Assembly (NCBI GenBank): GCA_963837045.1
Contig: CAWIMA010000009.1
Coordinates: forward strand, 1,267-65,266
From: an uncultured Gammaproteobacteria bacterium
Lineage (GTDB): Bacteria > Pseudomonadota > Gammaproteobacteria > Steroidobacterales > Steroidobacteraceae
Direction of reading: 5' to 3'
Length of the DNA: 64,000 bases
The notes under the pieces are model-generated. The model ran no database searches. It was given only the letters and a program-made list of their open reading frames with translations, and was not told where the DNA came from. The position numbers and the translations under genes were made by a program. Position 1 is the stretch's first letter. The number at the start of each line of letters is the position of its first letter. This document shows, in pieces, positions 54,662 through 62,882 of the stretch.

Positions 54662-55284
54662 GCGTGCTTCTCCGTCGAATAGGACACAAAACCCTGGTAT
54701 TCGGCATCGTAGAAGCCGAACGGCGGCGCGAACACGTGCTGATCGACGAAGCCCAGCAACTTCCAACCCAATCCTCGATAGTTGCCGCCGTACTTCGCCG
54801 AAGTGAACATGCCGAGGACCGTCAGCATCCGCGTCACGTCGAAGAACGGCGTGCTGTCTGCTGTTTTCAAGAAAGCCCGTTGGCCATCGGCGGTCGCGGC
54901 GCCGAACGAGGAAACCGCCGGGTTGGCGGCGCGAAATTTTGTCTGAAATTCTATGAGTCCCCGACGGTAATCCGAAGCGAATGCAGCGAAGAACGTGGCG
55001 AGTGAGCGGTCGATGAAATAGACCGCGCGCGCCTCGCGGGCGCCGGGCGTTGCGCCGCTGGGTACGATCTGCGCGCAGATCGCCTCCACATCAGCGCCAT
55101 CACCCGCACTGAAGAATTCGAAATGGGGAGGCGCCGTATCCGAGTATGCCTCGTCGGCGTGATGGGCCGCTGCCGCGATCGACGGCCAGTGCGCCGCAAC
55201 CCACATGCCGGTGACAAGACCGCCGCTCGATGCCAGGAACGAACGCCTTGAGATATCGTCTTGATCGCCGTCGGGTGATTTCAT
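54658..55284 (-). CDS. Gluconate 2-dehydrogenase subunit-3-family protein (Tat-exported small subunit)
   Basis: Twin-arginine leader SRRSFLASSGG. Its size and its position directly upstream of the GMC flavoprotein fit this family. Confidence 0.7.
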   Translation of the reverse strand: MKSPDGDQDDISRRSFLASSGGLVTGMWVAAHWPSIAAAAHHADEAYSDTAPPHFEFFSAGDGADVEAICAQIVPSGATPGAREARAVYFIDRSLATFFAAFASDYRRGLIEFQTKFRAANPAVSSFGAATADGQRAFLKTADSTPFFDVTRMLTVLGMFTSAKYGGNYRGLGWKLLGFVDQHVFAPPFGFYDAEYQGFVSYSTEKHA

Positions 55285-55662
55285 TCGCCGCCTCGCCGCT
55301 CTTATGTACGTGACGCTTCCATGGATCGTGCGCCCCGGGCAAATGCCCAGTCAAGGGAGCCGGCGAAGCAGAGTCGTAGGTTCAAGCAACCGGGTACCAA
55401 GGCGGAAGCTCTCTTTCAAATCATGAGTGCTTGCCGCTCAATCGCCAGTTGTGGGACCGCATCGGCCGGATCCGCAACATCGCATGCGCGAGTTTCAGGT
55501 ATCTCAGCACCCCGGGTCTCCTTTTTTGGCGTGAGATAGCGCGCGCCGGGAACCCGCGGCGGCGGCGGAAGTCGAACGCTGAGATTGCCAGGTCTTACGA
55601 TTGCGCGAGTGCAGCAGTCATAGGCCCGGTGACGCTCAGCCACATCGTTCGAGGGAAGCCGC

Positions 55663-56292
55663 ATGGCCAGTTATACTTTGCCGGAGCTCGAATTCGATTA
55701 CGGCGCGCTCGAGCCCCACGTCTCGGGGCGAATCATCGAGCTGCATCACGGGAAACACCACGCCGCCTATGTGAAGAACGCCAATCAGACCCTCGCGCAG
55801 CTCGAGGAGGCTCGCGGCAAGGGGAGCTACGACCGCATCGCCTATCTGGAGCGCTCATTGGCGTTCAATTTATCCGGGCACATACTCCACTCCGTCTTCT
55901 GGCAATGCCTGACGCCCAAGGGCGGCGGGCGTCCTGAAGGGACGTTGGCCCGTCGGATCGACGCTGACTTTGGCTCCTTCGACTCCTTCAAGAGTCAGAT
56001 GACGGCGGTCGCAGGGTCGATCATGGGGTCAGGCTGGGCGGCTCTCGTATGGGAGCCGATCGCGGCGCGACTTCTGGTGACGCAGGTTTATGATCACCAG
56101 TCCAATGTTACACAGGCGGGGATACCTCTCATGGTGATCGATGCATGGGAGCATGCCTATTACCTTCAGTACGAGAACCGCAAGGCGGAATTCTTCGACG
56201 CGCTATGGAATGTGTGGAATTGGAGCGACATCGCCGCGCGCTTCGATGCCGCAACCACGGCGAAATTCTCGCTGCGCGGATCGGCTCGGTGA
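55663..56292 (+). CDS. Fe/Mn superoxide dismutase
   Basis: YTLPELEFDYGALEPH.S..IIELHHGKHH..Y, DAWEHAYYLQYENRK. Confidence 0.93.
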   Translation: MASYTLPELEFDYGALEPHVSGRIIELHHGKHHAAYVKNANQTLAQLEEARGKGSYDRIAYLERSLAFNLSGHILHSVFWQCLTPKGGGRPEGTLARRIDADFGSFDSFKSQMTAVAGSIMGSGWAALVWEPIAARLLVTQVYDHQSNVTQAGIPLMVIDAWEHAYYLQYENRKAEFFDALWNVWNWSDIAARFDAATTAKFSLRGSAR

Positions 56293-56503
56293 GGCGAGCC
56301 GGCGTTCACGGCCGTACAATCGTCATGACGTAATCGACGATGGCATTGACCATGGCCGTAGTCGCTGGCAGATGGCCGAACAACGCTCGAAAATAAAAAG
56401 GGCCGGTGAGCGCGCGGGTGTAAAATGGCGGCCCACCGTTGCTGCTTTCAAACGGCGACCGCAATGCTGGGGGTTTGCTAACTCAATCCTAAGGAGCAGA
56501 ACA

Positions 56504-56962
56504 ATGAGAATGCCGATATCTAGCCGACTTGTCGTCCCGGTGATCTGTGCGTTGGGCATCGCCCTTTGGGCGGGCCCGTCGCAGGCCGCGACCGTGTCCT
56601 TCAAGGTGCAGCTGTCCGGCGCGCAGCAGGTGCCGCCGGTACAAACTGCCGCCACGGGAACCGCCGACATCACCTTTGACCCGGCTACGCGCATGCTCAG
56701 CTGGACGATCATGACCAGCGGGCTGTCGGGGCCGGTCACCATGGCGCATCTGCACGGACCGGCAGCGGCAGGCAAGAACGCCTCCGCGCAGATCTGGCTG
56801 ACCAAGAAGGGCAGCCCGGTCGAGAATCCGATAAAGGGACAGGCGACGCTGACACCTGAGCAGGTGAAGCAGTTCGAGGCCGGCGAGTGGTACATCAATG
56901 TGCACACGGAATCCCATCCGGGAGGCGAGATCCGTGGTCAGGTGATGCCGCCCAAGAGCTGA
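56504..56962 (+). CDS. CHRD-domain periplasmic protein
   Basis: AAGGAG RBS, signal peptide, ..LSGAQQVPPV.TAATG.A..TFD......MAHLHGPA..G......YINVHT..HPGGEIRGQV. Track ORF 56141..56962 trimmed. Confidence 0.8.
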   Translation: MRMPISSRLVVPVICALGIALWAGPSQAATVSFKVQLSGAQQVPPVQTAATGTADITFDPATRMLSWTIMTSGLSGPVTMAHLHGPAAAGKNASAQIWLTKKGSPVENPIKGQATLTPEQVKQFEAGEWYINVHTESHPGGEIRGQVMPPKS

Positions 56963-56968
56963 CCGCGG

Positions 56969-57637
56969 CTATAGAAAATTAGCGAGAACGGCTGCGGCGA
57001 GGGCGCTGCAGCTGAGGAGCACGGCTGCGCGTGCCGGACCCGCGATGCGCGGTTGCGGTATGCCGGCCGGCAAGGTCTTCCATCCGGTGATCATCGGCAG
57101 CAGCAGGTTGTGTCCCTTGATGACCCAGTAGAGGAATATCGCCAACAGGTGCAGCGCGACCGCAGCCAGCAGCGCATCCCAAAGAATCCAGTGAAGTGCA
57201 GTGATCGTGTTCGCTACGGGTGCCGGGATCAGTTCGGTGAATGGTCCCTCGTCCGCCACATCGTTATTGACGTAAACCCCGCTCAACGTCTCCCCGAACA
57301 GCAGCAGCAGGAGAAGCAGCACCATCCATCCGCCGGCCGGATTGTGCCCGACCTGACGGTCGGGCTCGCGGCGCAACGCGTGCGCCAAGTGTCGTGCAGC
57401 GGCGCGTGGAGCAGCGAGAAAGGTCGAGAACCGCGTCGTCTCGCTGCCGAAGAACCCCCACAGGATCCGGAAAATCACCACCGTGAGCAAGGCGTATCCG
57501 GTCTTGGCGTGCCAGTCCATCCAGTTCAGCCGCCACGTGACGTAGGCGGCCACTACCAGCGTCACGGCGACCCAATGAAACAGGCGCGTGGGGCCGTCCC
57601 AGACGAGCATCTTGAGATCGGAGCCGCTCATGCCCAT
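56969..57637 (-). CDS. Cytochrome b561 / Ni-Fe-hydrogenase-type b-cytochrome family membrane protein
   Basis: VWDGPTRLFHWV, 4 TMS, GHNPAGGWMVLLLL, conserved His positions. Confidence 0.75.
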   Translation of the reverse strand: MGMSGSDLKMLVWDGPTRLFHWVAVTLVVAAYVTWRLNWMDWHAKTGYALLTVVIFRILWGFFGSETTRFSTFLAAPRAAARHLAHALRREPDRQVGHNPAGGWMVLLLLLLLFGETLSGVYVNNDVADEGPFTELIPAPVANTITALHWILWDALLAAVALHLLAIFLYWVIKGHNLLLPMITGWKTLPAGIPQPRIAGPARAAVLLSCSALAAAVLANFL

Positions 57638-57653
57638 CGTTCAATCACGGCGA

Positions 57654-59012
57654 TTATGGCGTCGAGCCCACGAGCGATTGCGCCATCGCCGAGTCGAAGG
57701 TCCTCGAATCGACCTTCAGATAAGCGATCTGCTCCTCGGCGATCACCGCGGCCTCGGCCACGCCCGGCACGCGGCGCAGCTTGGCTGCGAGCTCCTCCGC
57801 ATCGACGGGCCGGCCATCTGGGATCCGTATCAGCCGCGTCGTGAGGTAGCTCGGCTGCTTCATCGTTGCGGCAACCAGCAACCATAGCAGCGCGATGGCT
57901 CCCGTCATGGCAAAAACGCTGCCGCTGCCCGCGATTTGGTGCACCCAACCGCCCACGACGCCGCCGAAGAAAATACCGAGAAACTGCAAACTCGAATAGA
58001 TGCCGGTGGCGGTTCCCTTGGCCGCCGGCGGCGCGGTTTTCGTGATGAGCGAGGGCAGGCTCGCCTCCATCACATTGAAGCCGGCAAAGAAGAGCGTGAC
58101 CGCGGCGAGCAGCACGTACACATCGTCCTTGCCCACTGCGAGCATGAACTGGCTCGCCGCGAGCGCCGCAACGGCCCCGACGAACACGGTTTTCATCCGG
58201 CGATACTTCTCGGCGATGATGATCGCCGGCACCATCACCACGACGGAGAGCAGCAGGACCGGCAGATAGATCATCCACTGATTGTGGCTGTTCACATTCA
58301 ATCTGGCGTGCAGCAGCGAAGGCACCACCAGGAAGCTGGCGGTCAGCATGGCATGCAGCGCGAAGATGCCGAAATCCAGCCGCAGCAGCTCCGGGTTCTT
58401 CAGGATCGCTCCCAGCATGGCCGGCACCGTTTCCGCGTCGCGGTGCACGTGTAAAGTCAGCGGGCGGGGTACGATGAATTCGGTGATCGCAATGCCGAGC
58501 AGCGCCAGGCCGACCATGATCCAGAAGATGCCCGACACGCCGACCAGGCCGGCGAGGATTGGTCCCGCCACCAGCGCCACCATGAAGGACAATCCGATCG
58601 TGATCCCCACCATCGCCATTGCTTGGGTGCGGCTCTCCTCGGCGGTCAGATCCGCCACCAGCGCCAGGATCACGGAGCCGACCGCACCCGCACCCTGCAA
58701 TACCCGGCCGACGATGACTCCGTCGATCGAACTCGACGCGGCAGCCACGGCGCTGCCGACCCCGAATATGACCAGCCCCAGAACGATGATGCGCTTGCGC
58801 CCGACTTTATCGGACAGGAGCCCGAATGGGATCTGCAGCAGACCCTGGCTCAGACCATAAATTCCCAGTGCCAGACCGATCTTGTACGGCGTCGCACCCG
58901 ACAGGTGGCCGGCATACTCCGCAAACACCGGATAGATCATGAACAAACCCAAAAGTCTCACCGAGAAGACGGCGGCAAGAGAGCTGGCTGCCCGAAATTC
59001 CTGTTTTTCCAT
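57654..59012 (-). CDS. MFS transporter, YajR-like (12 TMS plus C-terminal soluble domain)
   Basis: GLLSDKVGRKRII, then a ~65-aa non-membrane C-terminal extension (RLIRIPDGRPVDAEELAAKLRRVPGVAEAAVIAEE..), as in E. coli YajR. Confidence 0.75.
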   Translation of the reverse strand: MEKQEFRAASSLAAVFSVRLLGLFMIYPVFAEYAGHLSGATPYKIGLALGIYGLSQGLLQIPFGLLSDKVGRKRIIVLGLVIFGVGSAVAAASSSIDGVIVGRVLQGAGAVGSVILALVADLTAEESRTQAMAMVGITIGLSFMVALVAGPILAGLVGVSGIFWIMVGLALLGIAITEFIVPRPLTLHVHRDAETVPAMLGAILKNPELLRLDFGIFALHAMLTASFLVVPSLLHARLNVNSHNQWMIYLPVLLLSVVVMVPAIIIAEKYRRMKTVFVGAVAALAASQFMLAVGKDDVYVLLAAVTLFFAGFNVMEASLPSLITKTAPPAAKGTATGIYSSLQFLGIFFGGVVGGWVHQIAGSGSVFAMTGAIALLWLLVAATMKQPSYLTTRLIRIPDGRPVDAEELAAKLRRVPGVAEAAVIAEEQIAYLKVDSRTFDSAMAQSLVGSTP

Positions 59013-59080
59013 AGCACGCGCAGACTAGCATGGCGGCACCGCCAGTCGAGCCGCGCGGTGCAGCCTGCGGTCGACACAGC

Positions 59081-59557
59081 CTAAGGCGGTGGGCTCGGTT
59101 CCGCGTCCGCCTGCTGGAATATGACGGAAGTAATGCGTGCAGCCACCAGTACTGCAAGCAGGGCGGTGAGCGCCAGGATGTCAGGCCACTCGATGTTGTG
59201 GTTGTACAGGCCGATGAAAATTTCCCGCAGAATGAAGGCAATGCCCACTTCCGACAACACCCGCAAACGAATGCGGTGAAATTCCAGATAATCCGTGAAC
59301 GTGCGGAAGAGTTCGATCAGCACGAACACGGACAGCACATCGATCACCAGGTCCCGCGCCACGCTGTCGATCAATCCGTGCGAGAGGGTGTGGGTGGGGA
59401 TGCCTTCGCGCACCGCATGGACGGCTCCAATGATGTCGAAGATCAGGCCGACGACGGCGCCGAGCAGGGTCAATACCATGATGAAGACCAGGACGCAACG
59501 ATGCTGTCCAGAATCCTTCGATACATCAGCAATGATTTGGATTTCATGAAACCGCAC
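59081..59557 (-). CDS. PsiE-family (phosphate-starvation-inducible) membrane protein
   Basis: VFVLIELFRTFTDYLEFHRIRLRVLSEVGIAFILREIFIG. Confidence 0.65.
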   Translation of the reverse strand: MRFHEIQIIADVSKDSGQHRCVLVFIMVLTLLGAVVGLIFDIIGAVHAVREGIPTHTLSHGLIDSVARDLVIDVLSVFVLIELFRTFTDYLEFHRIRLRVLSEVGIAFILREIFIGLYNHNIEWPDILALTALLAVLVAARITSVIFQQADAEPSPPP

Positions 59558-59628
59558 CCTCCCTGTGCGAACAATAGCTTATCCGTGCGGTTCGATATAG
59601 CCGCCCGGCGCCGCGCCGAGCCGGGCCG

Positions 59629-60108
59629 CTACCGGCCGGGACGCTCCCTGGGGACCGATTTGATGGATATTTGCGCGCCTCTGGCGAGCGCGAACCGGGT
59701 AGTGACCCCGCGTCCCAGGACATCCTGCAGTGTGTGCCGATCCAGCGTCGCCATGAAATTGCGGCGCGCATCGACGAGAATCGACTTGAGCGTACACGCG
59801 GGAAGCAAAGGACAGTCCCGCCTCCCTGCACTGAGGCATTCGACGAAGTCGAAGCTGTCTTCCATGTGCCGCACGACATCACCGATGTTGATCATCTTCG
59901 GCGCACGTGAAAGCCGCATGCCGCCGCCCTTGCCCCGAACGGTCTCGATGTAGCCGACCGAGGAAAGACGGTTGACGACCTTCATCAAGTGGTTGACCGA
60001 AATCCCGTACGCGTCGGCGGTTTCAGAGATGGTGCACAATCGATCGGGATGCGCGCCGAGATAGACGAGCACGCGCAAAGAGTAGTCGGTAAACAGAGTG
60101 AGCTGCAT
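59629..60108 (-). CDS. nsrR: Rrf2-family NsrR paralog
   Basis: MQLTLFTDYSLRVLVYLG..NHLMKVVNRLSSVGYIETVRGKGGG, cluster Cys in ECLSAGRRDCPLLPAC. Confidence 0.85.
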   Translation of the reverse strand: MQLTLFTDYSLRVLVYLGAHPDRLCTISETADAYGISVNHLMKVVNRLSSVGYIETVRGKGGGMRLSRAPKMINIGDVVRHMEDSFDFVECLSAGRRDCPLLPACTLKSILVDARRNFMATLDRHTLQDVLGRGVTTRFALARGAQISIKSVPRERPGR

Positions 60109-60207
60109 GGATTACGGACAAACCATAACACATATGCCCGTACGGAATAACTTGCGCACAATCATCGGCTTTTGGTCTTATTCGCTCAAACTAGATCCGC
60201 GTATTAT

Positions 60208-60230
60208 AACATGCATTATGAATGCCTCTT
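60208..60230. promoter_or_regulatory. NsrR-like 11-1-11 box between nsrR paralog 2 and nrtS
   Basis: The reverse complement reads AAGAGGCATTC-A-TAATGCATGTT: 9/11 and 9/11 matches to AAGATGCATTT-n-AAATGCATCTT. Confidence 0.65.
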
Positions 60231-60256
60231 AAAAAGGCCCGGTAGGAGAAACAGAT

Positions 60257-60547
60257 ATGCCGACGGACGAGGATGACGGAAGACAGACGTGCGCAGCTGC
60301 CGCGGCGTGCCGGCGTCCCGGCATGCTGCGCCTGATATTGCAGCCCGGTATTGTGCGATCTGCGCTGAAGGTATCGCTCGTGGTCGGCACACTGCTCAAT
60401 GTCATCAACAACGGCGCACAGTTCTGGACGGGCCACAGCGTCAGTGTTTGGCGCGTGGCTCTGAACTTCGTCGTGCCCTTCTGCGTGTCGAGCTACAGCG
60501 CCGCGCGCAATGAGGCGCAGCGCTTGGAACGAGACGCGACGCCATGA
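60257..60547 (+). CDS. nrtS: NrtS-like small membrane protein (putative nitrate/nitrite transporter family)
   Basis: ..IVRSALKVSLVVGTLLNVINNGAQFW...VALNFVVPFCVSSYSAA matches my recollection of the NrtS family. ATG 60323 (MLRLIL..) is the more likely start. Confidence 0.5.
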   Translation: MPTDEDDGRQTCAAAAACRRPGMLRLILQPGIVRSALKVSLVVGTLLNVINNGAQFWTGHSVSVWRVALNFVVPFCVSSYSAARNEAQRLERDATP

Positions 60548-60563
60548 CCCCGGTCGCCGCCGA

Positions 60564-61559
60564 TCACTGCAGACTGGGCACCGGCGCCGCCTCGGTGCCC
60601 GACGGCAGAAACGGATCGGCGAGGATCTCCGAGCTGCCGGCTCCGGCCAAAAAGGTCTGCATGCGCGCCGCCTCGACCATCTGCGGGTTGCCGCACAGAT
60701 AGACCCGCCACCCGGTCAGGTCCGGGCTGTCTTCGAGCGCGACTCCATGCGGCGTTCCGGCGCAGTACCCGTCGGCCGACGGCCCCTCGGAGATGCACGG
60801 ACGATAGCGAAAGTTCGGGTGGATCGCGGCGAGCGCGCTCAATTGCTCGTTGAGGTACAGTCCGCAGATGTCGCGGCTGCCGTGGTACAGGTGGATCCGA
60901 CCGCGGTGCCCATGGTTCAGCGCATCGCGCACGATTCCATATAGCGGCGCCAGGCCGCACCCGGTGCCGAGCAGCAGGATGTTCTGTTCAGGCCGTCCGG
61001 GAACGTAGAAGCAGTCGCCGAACGGCTCTGAGATCGTCACAGTGTCACCGCGCTGTAGATGCTCGAAGATCCAGCCGCTGACCCGCCCGCCCGGAACCCG
61101 GCGCACATGCATGATCAGCTCCTCGTCAAGCGCCGGAACGCTGGCAAGCGAGTAGTTGCGCGAGGTCCGGGCATCCATGAAAAGGCGCACGAACTGGCCG
61201 GAGCGATACTCGAACCGGCCCGGCGGCCGGATGTGCACGGCGCGGATTTCGTCGTTCAGGCCCTCGATCGCACAAACGTTTGCCTCGATGCGTTCGATCA
61301 CATCGTCGGCCAGAGCAACCTCGAGATCCTGCGTCGGGAAGCACTGACACGCGAGGAACAGCTTGCGCGCCACCATCGTGGGCGTCAGTCCCTTCTGCGC
61401 TGGTTCGGGCACGACGCCCCGTACCGCGCGCATGAGGCATGACTGGCAGACGCCTGCGCGACAGGAACTGGGGACCGTATGCCCGCGGGCCGCCAGGCAG
61501 TCGAGCACCGACTGCCCGCCGGCCTCGTACGACGATCCTTGAAACGCGACCCGCGACAT
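60564..61559 (-). CDS. [2Fe-2S] ferredoxin - FNR-type (FAD/NAD(P)H) oxidoreductase
   Basis: N-terminal plant-type Fdx (SCRAGVCQSC...LACQC), RNYSLAS (FAD) and LLLGTGCGLAPL (NAD(P)H). 11 nt downstream of the trHbN gene. Confidence 0.85.
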   Translation of the reverse strand: MSRVAFQGSSYEAGGQSVLDCLAARGHTVPSSCRAGVCQSCLMRAVRGVVPEPAQKGLTPTMVARKLFLACQCFPTQDLEVALADDVIERIEANVCAIEGLNDEIRAVHIRPPGRFEYRSGQFVRLFMDARTSRNYSLASVPALDEELIMHVRRVPGGRVSGWIFEHLQRGDTVTISEPFGDCFYVPGRPEQNILLLGTGCGLAPLYGIVRDALNHGHRGRIHLYHGSRDICGLYLNEQLSALAAIHPNFRYRPCISEGPSADGYCAGTPHGVALEDSPDLTGWRVYLCGNPQMVEAARMQTFLAGAGSSEILADPFLPSGTEAAPVPSLQ

Positions 61560-61570
61560 TCGTGCAAGCG

Positions 61571-61933
61571 TTACCGGCCGAGGACGTCCGCGCGGGTGGT
61601 TTCGGCGACCGCGGCCACCTTGGAGATGAGGTGATCGGGCACCTTCAGCTCCTTGAGCGTCGCCCCGAGATCTTCGACCACGGCATTGAAGTGCGAATCG
61701 TTGAGCCCCTTCTCGACCAGGTGCGCGTGGGCCTTTCTCATGTCCAGGCCGGTGTAATTGTTCGGACCGCCGAAGGCCATGGTCAGAAAGGATTTTTGCT
61801 TCGCCGCCTGATGGACCATGTCCACGCCGGTGAAGAACCGGCTGATGCGGTCGTCCTTCAGCACCTTGCGGTAGAAGATGTCCACCGCGGCATTGACGGC
61901 GGCTTCGCCGCCCAGATCCTCGTAAAGTCCCAT
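61571..61933 (-). CDS. glbN: Group I truncated haemoglobin (trHbN)
   Basis: From ATG 61933, preceded by AGGAGA: MGLYEDLGGEAAVNAAVDIFYRKVLKDDRISRFF.GVDM..QAAKQKSFLTMAFGGPNNYTG.DMRKAHAHL. Track ORF trimmed by 49 codons. Confidence 0.88.
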   Translation of the reverse strand: MGLYEDLGGEAAVNAAVDIFYRKVLKDDRISRFFTGVDMVHQAAKQKSFLTMAFGGPNNYTGLDMRKAHAHLVEKGLNDSHFNAVVEDLGATLKELKVPDHLISKVAAVAETTRADVLGR

Positions 61934-61967
61934 GATGCTGTCTCCTGTGTCAAAGTGGGGTCGTCTC

Positions 61968-62005
61968 GAGATGCATGCCTCGAACATGTATCTTCCGTGC
62001 ATCTT
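61968..62005. promoter_or_regulatory. Cluster of NsrR-like half-sites upstream of trHbN
   Basis: GAGATGCAT (61968-76), ATGTATCTT (61986-94) and GTGCATCTT (61997-62005). AACATGTATCT-T-CCGTGCATCTT scores 8/11 and 8/11, but the halves are direct rather than inverted. Confidence 0.3.
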
Positions 62006-62222
62006 ATTAAAGCGCAGATCATGCGTCTGTAAGTAGTTTCCGCAGATTTCTGCCGCCGCGCTCACCCGCGGCACATCCATTAAAAATCGCTAATGGTGCG
62101 CAGACTTGAATGATGGTGATGATTGGTCTAGCCTAAATCGTGCGATGCGGCAGGCTGGGCTGCACGCAGAGCTGAATTTTGTCGCCAATAACAAGCAAGA
62201 CGGAGCGCACTGGTCACGCGTC

Positions 62223-62873
62223 ATGGCTCAGGTGTTTCGACCCGGGCAGATTTTTGCGCTGAAATTCGGCGCGAGCATCGTTTTGATTGTGTGCGTTGCC
62301 GGCATCTTCATCTGGCGCGCCGTCATCGCCGAGTCGCCGTCCGTCGATTCCCCGGTCGCGCAGGTTCCCCCCTTCAGCCACAAACATCACGTCAGCGACG
62401 TTGGTCTCGATTGCCGCTTTTGCCATGTATCCGTGGAAACCGGGGCCTTTGCCGGCATACCGCCGACCTCGACCTGCATGACCTGTCATTCGCAGCTGTT
62501 CAAGGGACAACCGATGCTCGCTCCGGTTGCCGAGAGTCTTCGCGAGGGCCTCCCGCTGCACTGGATCCGCGTCCACCGCCTGCCCGACTTCGTCTATTTT
62601 CACCACGACATACACATCTCCAAGGGGATCGGCTGCTCGACCTGTCACGGGCGGGTGGACCAGATGCCCCTCTTGTGGCGTACCCAGTCGCTGGACATGT
62701 CGTGGTGCCTGGATTGCCACCGCGCACCGGAAAAATACCTGCGTCCGCGCAGCCGGGTGTTCGACATGACCTGGCAGCCTCCGCCCGATCAGCTGGAGCA
62801 GGGCCGCCTGCTGTCGGCGGCCTATCGGATCGATCGCCGCCGCTTGACGGGCTGCTCCAACTGCCATCGTTAG
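62223..62873 (+). CDS. actA: Alternative complex III pentahaem cytochrome c subunit
   Basis: MAQVFRPGQIFALKFG.. TM anchor, then five CxxCH motifs (CRFCH, CMTCH, CSTCH, CLDCH, CSNCH). Track ORF (TTG 62106) trimmed. Confidence 0.8.
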   Translation: MAQVFRPGQIFALKFGASIVLIVCVAGIFIWRAVIAESPSVDSPVAQVPPFSHKHHVSDVGLDCRFCHVSVETGAFAGIPPTSTCMTCHSQLFKGQPMLAPVAESLREGLPLHWIRVHRLPDFVYFHHDIHISKGIGCSTCHGRVDQMPLLWRTQSLDMSWCLDCHRAPEKYLRPRSRVFDMTWQPPPDQLEQGRLLSAAYRIDRRRLTGCSNCHR

Positions 62874-62882
62874 AAAAATAAG

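Noticed and set aside
55497-55542. Inverted repeat TATCTCA...TGAGATA around a TTTTTT run upstream of the SOD gene.
   Set aside because: The arms are 7 bp with a ~25-nt loop and no supporting context, so this is likely chance. It was not called as a terminator or operator.
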